In this document: one piece after another, positions 1-9,222 of the stretch | How positions within the stretch are numbered: the first letter of the stretch is position 1 | How the letters are laid out: each line of letters starts with the position of its first letter | Origin: an uncultured Trueperaceae bacterium | Lineage (GTDB): Bacteria > Deinococcota > Deinococci > Deinococcales > Trueperaceae | Direction of reading: 5' to 3' | Assembly: GCA_963815215.1 (NCBI GenBank) | Contig: CAWFFU010000003.1 | Coordinates: 352,001-416,000 of the forward strand | Length of the DNA: 64,000 nucleotides | The notes under the pieces: generated by a model | Seen by the model: the letters and a program-made list of their open reading frames with translations, nothing else | Told to the model about the DNA's origin: nothing | Database searches by the model: none | Made by a program: the position numbers and the translations under genes

Positions 1-2886
1 ATCGGCGACAAGCGCATCTACCAGATGCCCGAGCTGCCGCTGCCCGAAGGGCGCACGTTGGCCGAGCAGTTGCGCATCGACTGCTACCGCGGGCTCATGC
101 ACCGATACCCGCAGGAGGTCGACGAGGCCCTGTTCCGCGCCTACCTCTCGCGGGCGCGCGTGGATGAGGCGGTCGACGGCCTGGACTTCGACGGCGTGCT
201 GCTGGCGCTCGCCGAGGAGGGCGAGCGCGGTCGCAGGACCCGGGCCCAGGACGAGGCGTACGACCGCTACGACTACCCGCACCTCGAGGCCTTCGCCGAG
301 GGCCGGGACGACCACGCCACGGCCGTGCTGCTGCGCGCCGAGTACGAGCTCGGGGTCATCATCGCCATGGGCTTCCCCGACTACTTCCTGATCGTCGCCG
401 ACTTCATCAACTGGGCCAAGGATCACGGCATCGCCGTAGGCCCCGGGCGCGGCTCCGGTGCCGGCTCGATCGTCGCGTACGCCCTGCGCATCACCAACAT
501 CGATCCCCTGGCGTTCGGGCTGTTGTTCGAGCGCTTCCTCAACCCCGAACGCATCTCCATGCCGGATTTCGACATCGACTTCTCCGACGTGCGTCGCGGC
601 GAGGTGATCGACTACGTGCGCGAGAAGTACGGCGACGACAAGGTGGCCCACATCGCCACCTTCGGGACGATGGCCTCGCGCGCTGCCATCAAGGACGCAG
701 CCCGCGTGATGGAGGCGCCCTTCGCCGACGCCGACCGCATCTCCAAGCTGGTGCCCGTGGTGTACGGGCGGAGCGTCTCCATCGAACGGGCCAAGGAGGA
801 GGTTCCGGAGTTCCGGGAGCTGTACCAGGCCGGCGCGCACGACTACGTGGACGTCGCGCAGACGCTCGAGGGGCTGACCCGGCACGCTTCGGTGCATGCC
901 GCCGGCGTGATCATCTCCAGGAGCCCGGTCCAGGAGCTCGCCCCGGTGTTCCGCGCCGGCGACGGCCCGGTGGTCTGCCAGTACGACATGGGATCGGTCG
1001 AGGACCTCGGCTTCATCAAGATGGACTTCCTCGGCCTGCGCACGCTGTCGTTCATCGAAGCAGCGGTGAAGATCGTGCGCGACGCGCACGGCGTCGAGCT
1101 CGACCCCGACACGTTCGACCAGGCGGATGCCGCCACCTTCGAGCTGCTGTCGCGCGGGGAGGCGGCGGGAGTGTTCCAGTTCGAGTCGCCGGGCATGGTC
1201 GACACCCTCAAGAAGCTCAAGCCACGGCGCATCCAGGACCTGATCGCGGTCGCGGCGCTCTATCGCCCCGGGCCGATGGAGAACATCCCCACTTACATCC
1301 GGCGCCATCACGGCATGGAGGCGATCGACTACAGCGACTTCCCGGCTTCGCAGGCCCTGCTCTCCCCCATCCTCGCCGAGACCTACGGCATCCCCGTCTA
1401 CCAGGAGCAGATCATGCAGATCGCCCAGGCCGTCGCCGGCTACTCGCTGGGCGAGGCGGACCTGCTGCGGCGGGCCATGGGCAAGAAGAAGGTCTCCGAG
1501 ATGGAGAAGCAGCGCAAGATCTTCGAGGCCGGCGCAGCCGGGAACGGCATCGGATCGCCGGAGGCGAACCGTATCTTCGATCTGCTGGAGAAGTTCGCCA
1601 ACTACGGCTTCAACAAGTCCCACTCGGCGGCCTACGGCGTGCTCTCCTACCAGACCGCCTACCTGAAAGCGCACTACCCGGTGGCCTTCGCCGCCGCGCT
1701 GCTCACGGTCGAGCGCGCCAACTCCGACAAAGTCGCACAGTACGTCGCCGACGCGCGCCATATGGGGATCGACGTGCTCCCGCCGGACGTCAACGAGTCC
1801 AACGCCGAGTTCACACCTGTGGGCGGACTGGTGCGCTTCGGGCTCTACGGCATCAAGAACCTCGGGGACAACGCCGTCGACCACATCCTGGACGAGCGCA
1901 GGCAGGGCGGCCCCTTCGGCGACCTGTTCGACTTCTGCCGCCGCGTGGACACCACGATGGTGAACAAACGCGCCGTGGAGCATCTGGTCAAGGCGGGGGC
2001 GTTCGACCAGCTGGGGGATCGCCACGTGCTGTTGAGGAACCTCGAGACCGCGCTCAAGTGGGGGGCTGCGCAGCGCGAGCAGGCGGAGCAGGGTCAGGCG
2101 AGTCTGTTCGGCGCCGAGGAGATCAAGCCGCCCACCCTCGACGAAGGCGAGCCCCTCTCGGAGCTCGAGCTGTTGCGCTTCGAGAAGGAGGCGCTGGGGC
2201 TCTATATCAGCGCCCATCCGATGAACTCCTACCCCGGCCTGGCCGAGTCCGCCAGCTGCGAGATCGACGGCATCGAGGGGTACTTCCAGGCGAACCCGCC
2301 GGATCGTCCCGGCGGGCGCGTGCGGGTGGTCCTGGCCGGGATCCTCCAGAACGTCGTCAAGCGCCCCACGCGCAAGGGCACCATGATGGCGCGCTTCGAG
2401 TTGGCCGACGAGTCCGGCGCGCGCGAGCTGGTGGCGTTCAGCCGCAGCTACGAGGCGATGGCCCAGATGCTGGCCGAGGACGCTCCCGCCGTGGTGGTGG
2501 CCGAGCTGTCGGAGGACGGCGAGGGCGTCCGGCTGGTGGCGGATCGTCTCATCCGTTGGGATGCGCGCGAAGGCGCACCCGAGGTCGCGGTGCTCCACTT
2601 CGACCTCGCCGAGGTCGGCCGCCACCACCTGCTCGAGCTGCGCTCGCTCCTGGACGAGTTCAGCGGGCGCACGCCGGTGCATCTCGAGGTGTTGGGACCA
2701 CAGGGAGTCGCCAGCTACGCCACCGCCGGCGTGCGCGTGGACGTCGGGCGGTTGCGAGAGTTGCAGAGCTCGTGCCCGTGGCTGCACACCTCGGTCACCT
2801 TGGATCGCCGTACGCTGCTCGAGAGCCGTCCTCAGAACGGCGGCTTCCGGCCGGCGCCCCCGCCCCCGCCCGAGGTGCCGTTCTGA
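1..2886 (+). CDS. dnaE: DNA polymerase III alpha subunit (5' part outside window)
   Basis: Frame open from base 1; motifs GPGRGSGAGS, NPERISMPDFDIDF, KMDFLGL, FANYGFNKSHSAAY; C-terminal OB fold and a terminal EVPF tau-binding-like motif. Confidence 0.98.
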   Translation: MGDKRIYQMPELPLPEGRTLAEQLRIDCYRGLMHRYPQEVDEALFRAYLSRARVDEAVDGLDFDGVLLALAEEGERGRRTRAQDEAYDRYDYPHLEAFAEGRDDHATAVLLRAEYELGVIIAMGFPDYFLIVADFINWAKDHGIAVGPGRGSGAGSIVAYALRITNIDPLAFGLLFERFLNPERISMPDFDIDFSDVRRGEVIDYVREKYGDDKVAHIATFGTMASRAAIKDAARVMEAPFADADRISKLVPVVYGRSVSIERAKEEVPEFRELYQAGAHDYVDVAQTLEGLTRHASVHAAGVIISRSPVQELAPVFRAGDGPVVCQYDMGSVEDLGFIKMDFLGLRTLSFIEAAVKIVRDAHGVELDPDTFDQADAATFELLSRGEAAGVFQFESPGMVDTLKKLKPRRIQDLIAVAALYRPGPMENIPTYIRRHHGMEAIDYSDFPASQALLSPILAETYGIPVYQEQIMQIAQAVAGYSLGEADLLRRAMGKKKVSEMEKQRKIFEAGAAGNGIGSPEANRIFDLLEKFANYGFNKSHSAAYGVLSYQTAYLKAHYPVAFAAALLTVERANSDKVAQYVADARHMGIDVLPPDVNESNAEFTPVGGLVRFGLYGIKNLGDNAVDHILDERRQGGPFGDLFDFCRRVDTTMVNKRAVEHLVKAGAFDQLGDRHVLLRNLETALKWGAAQREQAEQGQASLFGAEEIKPPTLDEGEPLSELELLRFEKEALGLYISAHPMNSYPGLAESASCEIDGIEGYFQANPPDRPGGRVRVVLAGILQNVVKRPTRKGTMMARFELADESGARELVAFSRSYEAMAQMLAEDAPAVVVAELSEDGEGVRLVADRLIRWDAREGAPEVAVLHFDLAEVGRHHLLELRSLLDEFSGRTPVHLEVLGPQGVASYATAGVRVDVGRLRELQSSCPWLHTSVTLDRRTLLESRPQNGGFRPAPPPPPEVPF

Positions 2887-2911
2887 GCGCCGGGTCGCGC
2901 CGAGACCGGGC

Positions 2912-4003
2912 TCAGACTCCGACGACGGGGCGTTGCGCGTCGACCTGGGTGGCCGCCATCTTGAACGCCTGAGCGCTGGTCGCCGCCGCCATGCCGGTTT
3001 CGTAGCTGATGGCGCCGCCGGCATAGAGCTCGGCCAGATGGTCGTCGAACAGCTGCATGCCGTCGAGTCTGGCATCCCTGAGCGCGTCGTAGAGCTCGCC
3101 GGTGCGCTCCTCGTCGCGCACCAGGTCCTTGATGCGCAAGGTGCCCTTGAGGATCTCCATGGCCGCCACGCGGCCACCGCCGTCGCGACGCGGCAGCAGG
3201 CGCTGCGACACGATCCCCACCAGCGATTCCGCGAACAGGATGCGCGCCGTCGAACGCTCGTGAGGCGGGAACAGCTCGATCATGCGGTTGATGGTGCGCA
3301 CCGAATCCTGGGTATGGAGCGTGCTGAACACCAGGTGTCCGGTCTGGGCCGCGCTCAGTGCTGCGGCCGCGGTGGCGTGGTCGCGGATCTCGCCGATCAT
3401 GATGATGTCGGGGTCCTGCCGCATGGCGGCGATCAGCGCCTCCGAGAACGACCGCGCGTCGACCCCGAGCTCGCGCTGGACCACGGCGGAGCGCTTGGAC
3501 TTGTGTAGATACTCGATGGGGTCCTCGACGGTGACGATCATCTTGGCGTGCACTCGATTGATCTCGTCGACGATGCGCGCCAGTGTGGTCGACTTGCCGC
3601 TGCCGGTGGCGCCGGTGACCAGCACCAGCCCCTTCTCCTGGTCGCGGAAGAACTCGATCGTCTCCTGTGACAGATTCACCACTTGCAGCGCAGCTTCCTC
3701 CGACGTGATGATGCGCAGCACGGCACTCACCGAGCCGCGCTGGCGGAACAGGTTGACGCGGAAGCGCGCCAGCCCCGGCACGCTGTAGGCGAGGTCTACC
3801 TGGTGGCGGCTCTTGAAGGCGGCACTCTGGCTCTCGTCGCACATCAGGTCGACCAAGGCCTCGGTGAAACGCGGCGGGATCGTCGCTTCACTGACCGGCG
3901 AGAGCTTGCCGTGGAGCCGGGCGAGCGCCGGCATCCCCACGTGGAGGTGGATGTCGGATGCACCGCGCTCGACCATCTGGTGCAGGAGTTCGTTGAAGTG
4001 CAT
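2912..4003 (-). CDS. pilT: Type IV pilus retraction ATPase, PilT/PilU family
   Basis: ASDIHL, RFRVNLFRQRG, Walker A GATGSGKST, EDPIEY, RQDPDIIMIGEIRD, TGHLVFSTLHT. Confidence 0.93.
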   Translation of the reverse strand: MHFNELLHQMVERGASDIHLHVGMPALARLHGKLSPVSEATIPPRFTEALVDLMCDESQSAAFKSRHQVDLAYSVPGLARFRVNLFRQRGSVSAVLRIITSEEAALQVVNLSQETIEFFRDQEKGLVLVTGATGSGKSTTLARIVDEINRVHAKMIVTVEDPIEYLHKSKRSAVVQRELGVDARSFSEALIAAMRQDPDIIMIGEIRDHATAAAALSAAQTGHLVFSTLHTQDSVRTINRMIELFPPHERSTARILFAESLVGIVSQRLLPRRDGGGRVAAMEILKGTLRIKDLVRDEERTGELYDALRDARLDGMQLFDDHLAELYAGGAISYETGMAAATSAQAFKMAATQVDAQRPVVGV

Positions 4004-4009
4004 GGGGCG

Positions 4010-4068
4010 AGGCTACCCTCAGGCTTCTCACGGCGCCCTTACGTGGTTCTTACAGCGCTCTTACAGCA
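4010..4068 (-). promoter_or_regulatory. Leaderless pilT promoter (-10 TAGCCT) with four 11-bp direct repeats upstream
   Basis: TAGCCT (4015-4010) lies 6 nt before ATG; repeat units at 4025, 4036, 4047 and 4058 (minus-strand core GTAAG/GTGAG). Confidence 0.6.
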
Positions 4069-4159
4069 TGGGGGCGCGTGCCGCACGGTGGTCTGACGCT
4101 GGGCGGTACGGCGGCGAGCGGGTAGACTTGGAACCTATGCAACGGTGGGAGAGCGCATC

Positions 4160-5251
4160 ATGACCGTCAGACAGGCTTCGTCGTTCGAGCGCACGGTGCG
4201 CGCGGGCGTGATCGGGACGGGTTGGGCCGACCGCGTCTTGATCCCCGCTTTCCAGGCCGGCGGCGTCGACGTGGTCGGCGTCGCGAGTCGGGACCGGCGC
4301 AGGGCGCGCGCCGTGGCGTCGCGGCACGGCATCGGAACCGCGACCGGATCGTGGCGGGACCTGCTCGAGCTCGAGCTGGACCTGGTTGCGGTGACGTCGC
4401 CGCCCGCCCTCCACCGCGAGCAGGCGGTTGCGGTGCTGGAAGCGGGTCGCCACCTGCTGTGCGAGAAGCCGCTGGCGCTCGATGCCGGCGAGGCCGAGGC
4501 CATCGCTGCAGCCGCGCGTGCCGCCCCCGGCGTACGGGCCCTGGTCGATCACGAGCTGCGCTTCACGCCGGCGCGCCGTAAGGCGAAGGAACTCATCGAC
4601 TCCGGGGCGATCGGCCGGGTCCTCACGGTGACCGCGCGCGTCGCCGGGGGGATGCGGGTCGACCCCACGCGGTCCTGGACCTGGTGGTCGGACGCCGCGC
4701 AGGGTGGTGGCATCTTGAGCGCGTTGGGAAGCCACGTCTTCGATTCGGTCCGCTGGCTGCTAGGCAGCGAGATCGACCTGCACGGAGCGACGCTCGGACG
4801 TGTCTACCCCACGCGGCTCGACGACGAGGGCGAACAGCGTCCGGTGACGTCCGACGACATCGCCTCGCTCACCTTCCGGACCGGCGAGGTCGTGGGCACG
4901 GTACTGCTCCACGGCGCGGCGCTCGACGATGCCATCGACCTGTTCACCGTGCGCGGCACCGAAGGCAGCCTGGTCATCGATCGCTCGTTGAAGCTCTACC
5001 TCGGCAAGCGCGGCGGACCCTTCAAGGAGTACCGGACCCAGCTCCCAGCCATCGTGCCCAACCGCTTCCGGGCGTCGGGCTTCGCGGCGGGCAGCGTGCT
5101 GTTCGCCGATGCGTTGCGTCGCGCGCTGATCGAGGGCGAGGACGACGCGCTCGCCGACGCCGCCACCATCGACGACGGACTGGCGGTGCAGCGCCTCATC
5201 GACGAGGCCCGACGGCTCGACGGCGGCGCCGATGCGCCGCGGGGCGGCTGA
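4160..5251 (+). CDS. Gfo/Idh/MocA family NAD(P)-dependent oxidoreductase
   Basis: VRAGVIGTG Rossmann start, HLLCEKPLA, GGGILSALGSH; ATG 4160 preferred over GTG 4145. Confidence 0.9.
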   Translation: MTVRQASSFERTVRAGVIGTGWADRVLIPAFQAGGVDVVGVASRDRRRARAVASRHGIGTATGSWRDLLELELDLVAVTSPPALHREQAVAVLEAGRHLLCEKPLALDAGEAEAIAAAARAAPGVRALVDHELRFTPARRKAKELIDSGAIGRVLTVTARVAGGMRVDPTRSWTWWSDAAQGGGILSALGSHVFDSVRWLLGSEIDLHGATLGRVYPTRLDDEGEQRPVTSDDIASLTFRTGEVVGTVLLHGAALDDAIDLFTVRGTEGSLVIDRSLKLYLGKRGGPFKEYRTQLPAIVPNRFRASGFAAGSVLFADALRRALIEGEDDALADAATIDDGLAVQRLIDEARRLDGGADAPRGG

Positions 5252-5266
5252 CGGGATGGTGGCGCG

Positions 5267-6319
5267 ATGACCCGGATCCTCGCGTTGGTGTTGATCATCC
5301 TGGTGCTGGTGTTCACGGGCTTCTGGCTGGCACGCCACAAACCGGCCGGGGCGCCCCAGGGAACCGCCCAGTCCTCGTCCCAGACGGCACCGCCGGCTGG
5401 CACCGCCGCGAAGGGCGGAGCTGGTGCGGGTGGCGCGACCGCAGCTCCCACCACCGCAGCTCCCACCACCGCAGCGCCAACGAACGGAGCTTCTACGGCC
5501 GGAACCTCCGCGTCGGGGGCCGCCACGACCGGAGCTCCTGCTGCCGCGACCGACGCCGTGACCCTTCCCGCCGGCTACAGCGCCGTTCCCTATCTGGGCG
5601 CCAAACGGCGGCTGGTGTTCGACAAGCCGCAGCAGGTACTCGAGCCGGGCATGGCGTACGCCGCCGTGCTCGTCACCAACAAGGGGCCCATCACCATCGA
5701 CCTGCTCAGGCAGGACGCGCCCAAGACCGTCGACAACTTCGTGTTCCTGGCACTGAACCGCTTCTATAACGGCGTGCCCTTCCACCGCGTGCTCGAGGGC
5801 TTCATGGCGCAGACCGGCGACCCCACCGGAACCGGCACCGGCGGCCCGGGCTACGCCATCCCCGACGAGATCTCCCCACGACTGCACTTCGATGAGCGCG
5901 GCGTGGTCGCCATGGCGAACGCGGGGCCCAACACCAACGGCTCGCAGTTCTTCATCACCTTCGCGCCGACGCCCTGGCTCGACGGCCACTACAGCATCTT
6001 CGGTCGGGTGACCGCGGGCAGCGATGTCCTGGCCAAGCTGCAACGCATCGACCCCCAGAATCCGGAGGCGGTCGCCGGGCTCGGAGACACGCTGGGTCAG
6101 CTGGCTTCCAAGGGGGTGACGCTGACCGGCCCCAGCTCCCGAACCGTCGGCGACGCGCTCACCCGGGCGCTCGGGGTCGCCCCAGTCAAAGGACAGTCGT
6201 TCACCGTGGAGGGCTACCGCGCCGTCGTCGGCAGCGCCTCCGGCAAGCCGGCGGTCGCCTTCTTCCCACGACCCGACACGCTCGAGCGTGTGGTGATCGC
6301 GGTCAAACCCACCTCCTAG
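5267..6319 (+). CDS. Membrane-anchored cyclophilin-type peptidyl-prolyl isomerase
   Basis: N-terminal TM helix, Ala/Thr/Gly linker, [35 protein letters not shown]. Confidence 0.93.
   Translation: MTRILALVLIILVLVFTGFWLARHKPAGAPQGTAQSSSQTAPPAGTAAKGGAGAGGATAAPTTAAPTTAAPTNGASTAGTSASGAATTGAPAAATDAVTLPAGYSAVPYLGAKRRLVFDKPQQVLEPGMAYAAVLVTNKGPITIDLLRQDAPKTVDNFVFLALNRFYNGVPFHRVLEGFMAQTGDPTGTGTGGPGYAIPDEISPRLHFDERGVVAMANAGPNTNGSQFFITFAPTPWLDGHYSIFGRVTAGSDVLAKLQRIDPQNPEAVAGLGDTLGQLASKGVTLTGPSSRTVGDALTRALGVAPVKGQSFTVEGYRAVVGSASGKPAVAFFPRPDTLERVVIAVKPTS
5438..5482 (+). repeat. 15-bp coding tandem repeat x3 (TAAPT)
   Basis: ACCGCAGCTCCCACC twice plus a degenerate third copy in the linker. Confidence 0.85.
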
Positions 6320-6370
6320 GCGGCGCGCCGACGGTGCGCTCGACCTGGAGGGCCCCTGAAAGGATTACGT

Positions 6371-6943
6371 ATGGAGAACCCGTCCCAGGCCCTGAACGGA
6401 TACGTTCCGCTCGAACCCCGCAGCACGGAGCGGATCACGCACTTCGCCGGCCCCGAGCCGGTCCTGTCCCCCGGCGCGGACTACCGCGCCCACATCGCCA
6501 CCAGCAAGGGTGCATTGGTGCTGGAGCTCTTCCAGGACGGCGCCCCCACCACCGTGAACAACTTCGTGTACCTGGCGTTGCACCGCTTCTACGACGGGGT
6601 CGTGTTCCACCGCGTGCTCGACGGCTTCATGGCGCAGACCGGGGACCCCACCGGCAGCGGCCGCGGCGGCCCCGGCTACACCTTCGACGACGAGTTCGGC
6701 CCCGGACTGAGCCATGACGGCAAAGGCGTGCTGTCGATGGCCAATGCCGGTCCCGGCACCAACGGCTCGCAGTTCTTCATCACCTTCGACGCCACGCCCT
6801 GGCTCGACGGCCGCCACGCCGTGTTCGGACGCGTGCTGGAGGGCGAGGAGGTCCTCGACGCCCTGACCCGGATCGACCCGGGACGTCCCGGCGGCGCCAA
6901 GCCCGACGTCATGGAGCACGTCACCATCTACGTGCGGGAGTGA
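6371..6943 (+). CDS. Cytoplasmic cyclophilin-type peptidyl-prolyl isomerase
   Basis: [45 protein letters not shown]. Confidence 0.95.
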   Translation: MENPSQALNGYVPLEPRSTERITHFAGPEPVLSPGADYRAHIATSKGALVLELFQDGAPTTVNNFVYLALHRFYDGVVFHRVLDGFMAQTGDPTGSGRGGPGYTFDDEFGPGLSHDGKGVLSMANAGPGTNGSQFFITFDATPWLDGRHAVFGRVLEGEEVLDALTRIDPGRPGGAKPDVMEHVTIYVRE

Positions 6944-6949
6944 CCCTGG

Positions 6950-6998
6950 GCACGCGCATGGGCCGCCGACGTGACGCGCCGGCGGCCCATGCGCGTGC
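6950..6998. terminator. Hairpin between convergent cyclophilin and thrS genes (likely bidirectional terminator)
   Basis: Perfect 19-bp inverted repeat GCACGCGCATGGGCCGCCG with an 11-nt loop; no U-tract. Confidence 0.7.
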
Positions 6999-8980
6999 TA
7001 GGCCGCGTCGCCTGCTAGCGGGGCCACCTCGGCTTGCCGCGAACGCACCGCCGCGTCCAGGTGTGCGATGAAGGCGTCGAGCGGGACCCCGTTACGGTTG
7101 CCCTCCTTGCGGCTGCGGAACGAGACCGCACCCGCTTCGGCTTCCTTGTCGCCCACGATGACGATGTAGGGGATCTTGAGCAGCTCCGCGTCGCGCACCT
7201 TGGCGTTCATGCGCTCGCCCCGGTCGTCGACCTCGGCGCGCAACCCGCCGTCGAGCAGGCGCTGCCGGATACGTTCGGCGTACTCGAGGTGACGATCCGC
7301 GATGGGCACCAGGCGCACGTGTTCCGGCGCCAGCCACAGCGGCAGGTCGCCGGCGAAATGCTCGATCATCACCCCCATGAAGCGCTCGGTGGAACCGGTC
7401 ACGGCGCGGTGGAGCACCACCGGCGTGTGCCTGTCGCCGTCCTCGCCGATGTAGCTGCACTCCAGCCGGGCTGGCTGGATGAAGTCGACCTGGATGGTGG
7501 AGAGCTGCCACTCGCGGCCCAGGGCGTCCTTGGCCATGAAGTCGGCCTTGGGGCCGTAGAACGCGGCCTCGCCGGTGGCCTCCTCGTAGGGCACGTTCTC
7601 GGCGTCGAGCGCACGGCGCAGGGCCGCGGTGGCCTTTACCCACTTCTCGTCGTCGTCGACGTACTTGCCCTCCTCACCGCGGAGGCTGAGCTGGACCCGG
7701 TAATCGGTCATGCGGTAGGTCGACAGCACCTCGCGGATCAGCCGTAGCGCCAGCGCGAACTCCTCCTGCACCTGTTCCTCCGTGCAGAAGATGTGGCAGT
7801 CGTCCTGGGTGAGGCTGCGCACGCGGGTCAGACCGGAGAGCTGGCCCGACTTCTCGTAACGGTACAGGGTGGCGAACTCCGCGTAGCGCAGCGGCAACTC
7901 GCGGTAGCTGTGGTGGCCGGCGTTGAACAGCGTCATGTGGCTGGGGCAGTTCATGGGCTTCAGCCGCATGCGGATCTCGTCGTCCTCCATGACGGGGTAC
8001 ATCACGTCGGCGTAGTTCTCGAGGTGCCCGGATCGGGCGTACAACGACTCGCGAACCATGTGCCCGGTCCATACATGCTGGTAGCCGTAGCGGGTCTGCA
8101 GCTCGCGCACGTAGCGCTCCATCTCGAAGCGTACGACTTCGCCGCGCGGGAAGAACATCGGTAGGCCGGCACCGATGTCCTCGCTGAAGGTGAACAGGCC
8201 GAGCTCACGTCCGAGCTTGCGGTGGTCGCGCTTCTTCGCCTCTTCGAGCAGCCACAGATGGTGCTTCAGCTCATCGGCGGTCTGGAACGCCACCCCGTAG
8301 ATGCGCTGCAGCATGGGGCGCCGCTCGTCGCCGCGCCAGTACGCTCCCGCCACGCTCATGAGCTTGAAGTGCGGGGCGATGGCGCCGGTGCGCGGCACGT
8401 GCGGGCCACGACACAGGTCGGTGAAGCCCTCCTCGCCCCCCTGTTCGTAGAAGGTGATGGGCTCGTCCTCGGGCAGATCCTCGATGAGCTCGACCTTGTA
8501 CGGATCGCCGCGCCGCCGGAAGCGCTCCAACGCCTCACTGCGCGGCAGCGCGTACTTGCGCAACCGCAGGTCGTCGGCGAGGATCCGGCGCATGATCGCC
8601 TCGATCGCCTCGAGGTCGTCCGGGGTGAGCGTGCGCGGCAGGTCGAAGTCGTAGTAGAAGCCGTCCTCGATCACCGGACCGACGCCCATTCGCACGGTGC
8701 CGGGCTCCGCGCCCTGTTGCGAGAAGTACTCGGTCACGGCCTGCGCCATGACGTGGGCCAGGGTGTGGCGCATCAGGTCGACGACCGCATCGTCCTTGCG
8801 GGTCAGGACGGCGACGTGGGCCTCATCGGGGACCTCGCTCATCAGGTCGGCGAGCCGGCCGTCGACCACGATGCCGAGCGCGGCCTTGGCCAACCCCGGG
8901 CCGATGGCCCGCGAAACGTCGGCGCCGGTGGCGTGCGCCGGCAGCTCCAAGCGCTTACCGTCGGGAAGAACAACATGCAT
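6998..8980 (-). CDS. thrS: Threonine--tRNA ligase
   Basis: TGS domain, HTLAH editing motif, DLCRGPH, LKPMNCP, QDDCHIF, AFYGPK, GSTERF; SD GAGGTG. Confidence 0.99.
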   Translation of the reverse strand: MHVVLPDGKRLELPAHATGADVSRAIGPGLAKAALGIVVDGRLADLMSEVPDEAHVAVLTRKDDAVVDLMRHTLAHVMAQAVTEYFSQQGAEPGTVRMGVGPVIEDGFYYDFDLPRTLTPDDLEAIEAIMRRILADDLRLRKYALPRSEALERFRRRGDPYKVELIEDLPEDEPITFYEQGGEEGFTDLCRGPHVPRTGAIAPHFKLMSVAGAYWRGDERRPMLQRIYGVAFQTADELKHHLWLLEEAKKRDHRKLGRELGLFTFSEDIGAGLPMFFPRGEVVRFEMERYVRELQTRYGYQHVWTGHMVRESLYARSGHLENYADVMYPVMEDDEIRMRLKPMNCPSHMTLFNAGHHSYRELPLRYAEFATLYRYEKSGQLSGLTRVRSLTQDDCHIFCTEEQVQEEFALALRLIREVLSTYRMTDYRVQLSLRGEEGKYVDDDEKWVKATAALRRALDAENVPYEEATGEAAFYGPKADFMAKDALGREWQLSTIQVDFIQPARLECSYIGEDGDRHTPVVLHRAVTGSTERFMGVMIEHFAGDLPLWLAPEHVRLVPIADRHLEYAERIRQRLLDGGLRAEVDDRGERMNAKVRDAELLKIPYIVIVGDKEAEAGAVSFRSRKEGNRNGVPLDAFIAHLDAAVRSRQAEVAPLAGDAA

Positions 8981-9031
8981 GCTGCACCTCAGAGATGTGG
9001 GTTGGGGATCTACAGGGCAAGGACCAGGGAG

Positions 9032-9121
9032 CTACGGGCATCCACCCGACGTTCGGCGCGTTCGGCGCGAGGTTGCGCAGGCACCGACGTGGGTCATCCG
9101 GGCAGGTCGCACGCTCGCCAT
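9032..9121 (-). CDS. Putative leaderless Thr-containing leader peptide of thrS (29 aa)
   Basis: TGTGCTACAGT, 5 nt, then ATG; MASVRPARMTHVGACATSRRTRRTSGGCP*; Thr at codons 10, 17, 21 and 24. Confidence 0.55.
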   Translation of the reverse strand: MASVRPARMTHVGACATSRRTRRTSGGCP

Positions 9122-9222
9122 GCGCCACTGTAGCACAGGCTCTTCGCCGCACTGCGCGTGACAGACGGGCTCGCGGCGACCCTAGCGGGGGCGCGAGCGG
9201 CGTGCGCGGTATCCTGGGCGCC

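Noticed and set aside
1..2886. Intein in dnaE
   Set aside because: Polymerase motifs are contiguous and no splice-junction or endonuclease motifs are visible in the part present
9035..9047. GGGTGGATGCCCG in the thrS leader as a T-box
   Set aside because: Only GGGTGG matches; the ACC that follows in T-boxes is missing, there is no recognisable stem I or specifier loop, and the leader is short
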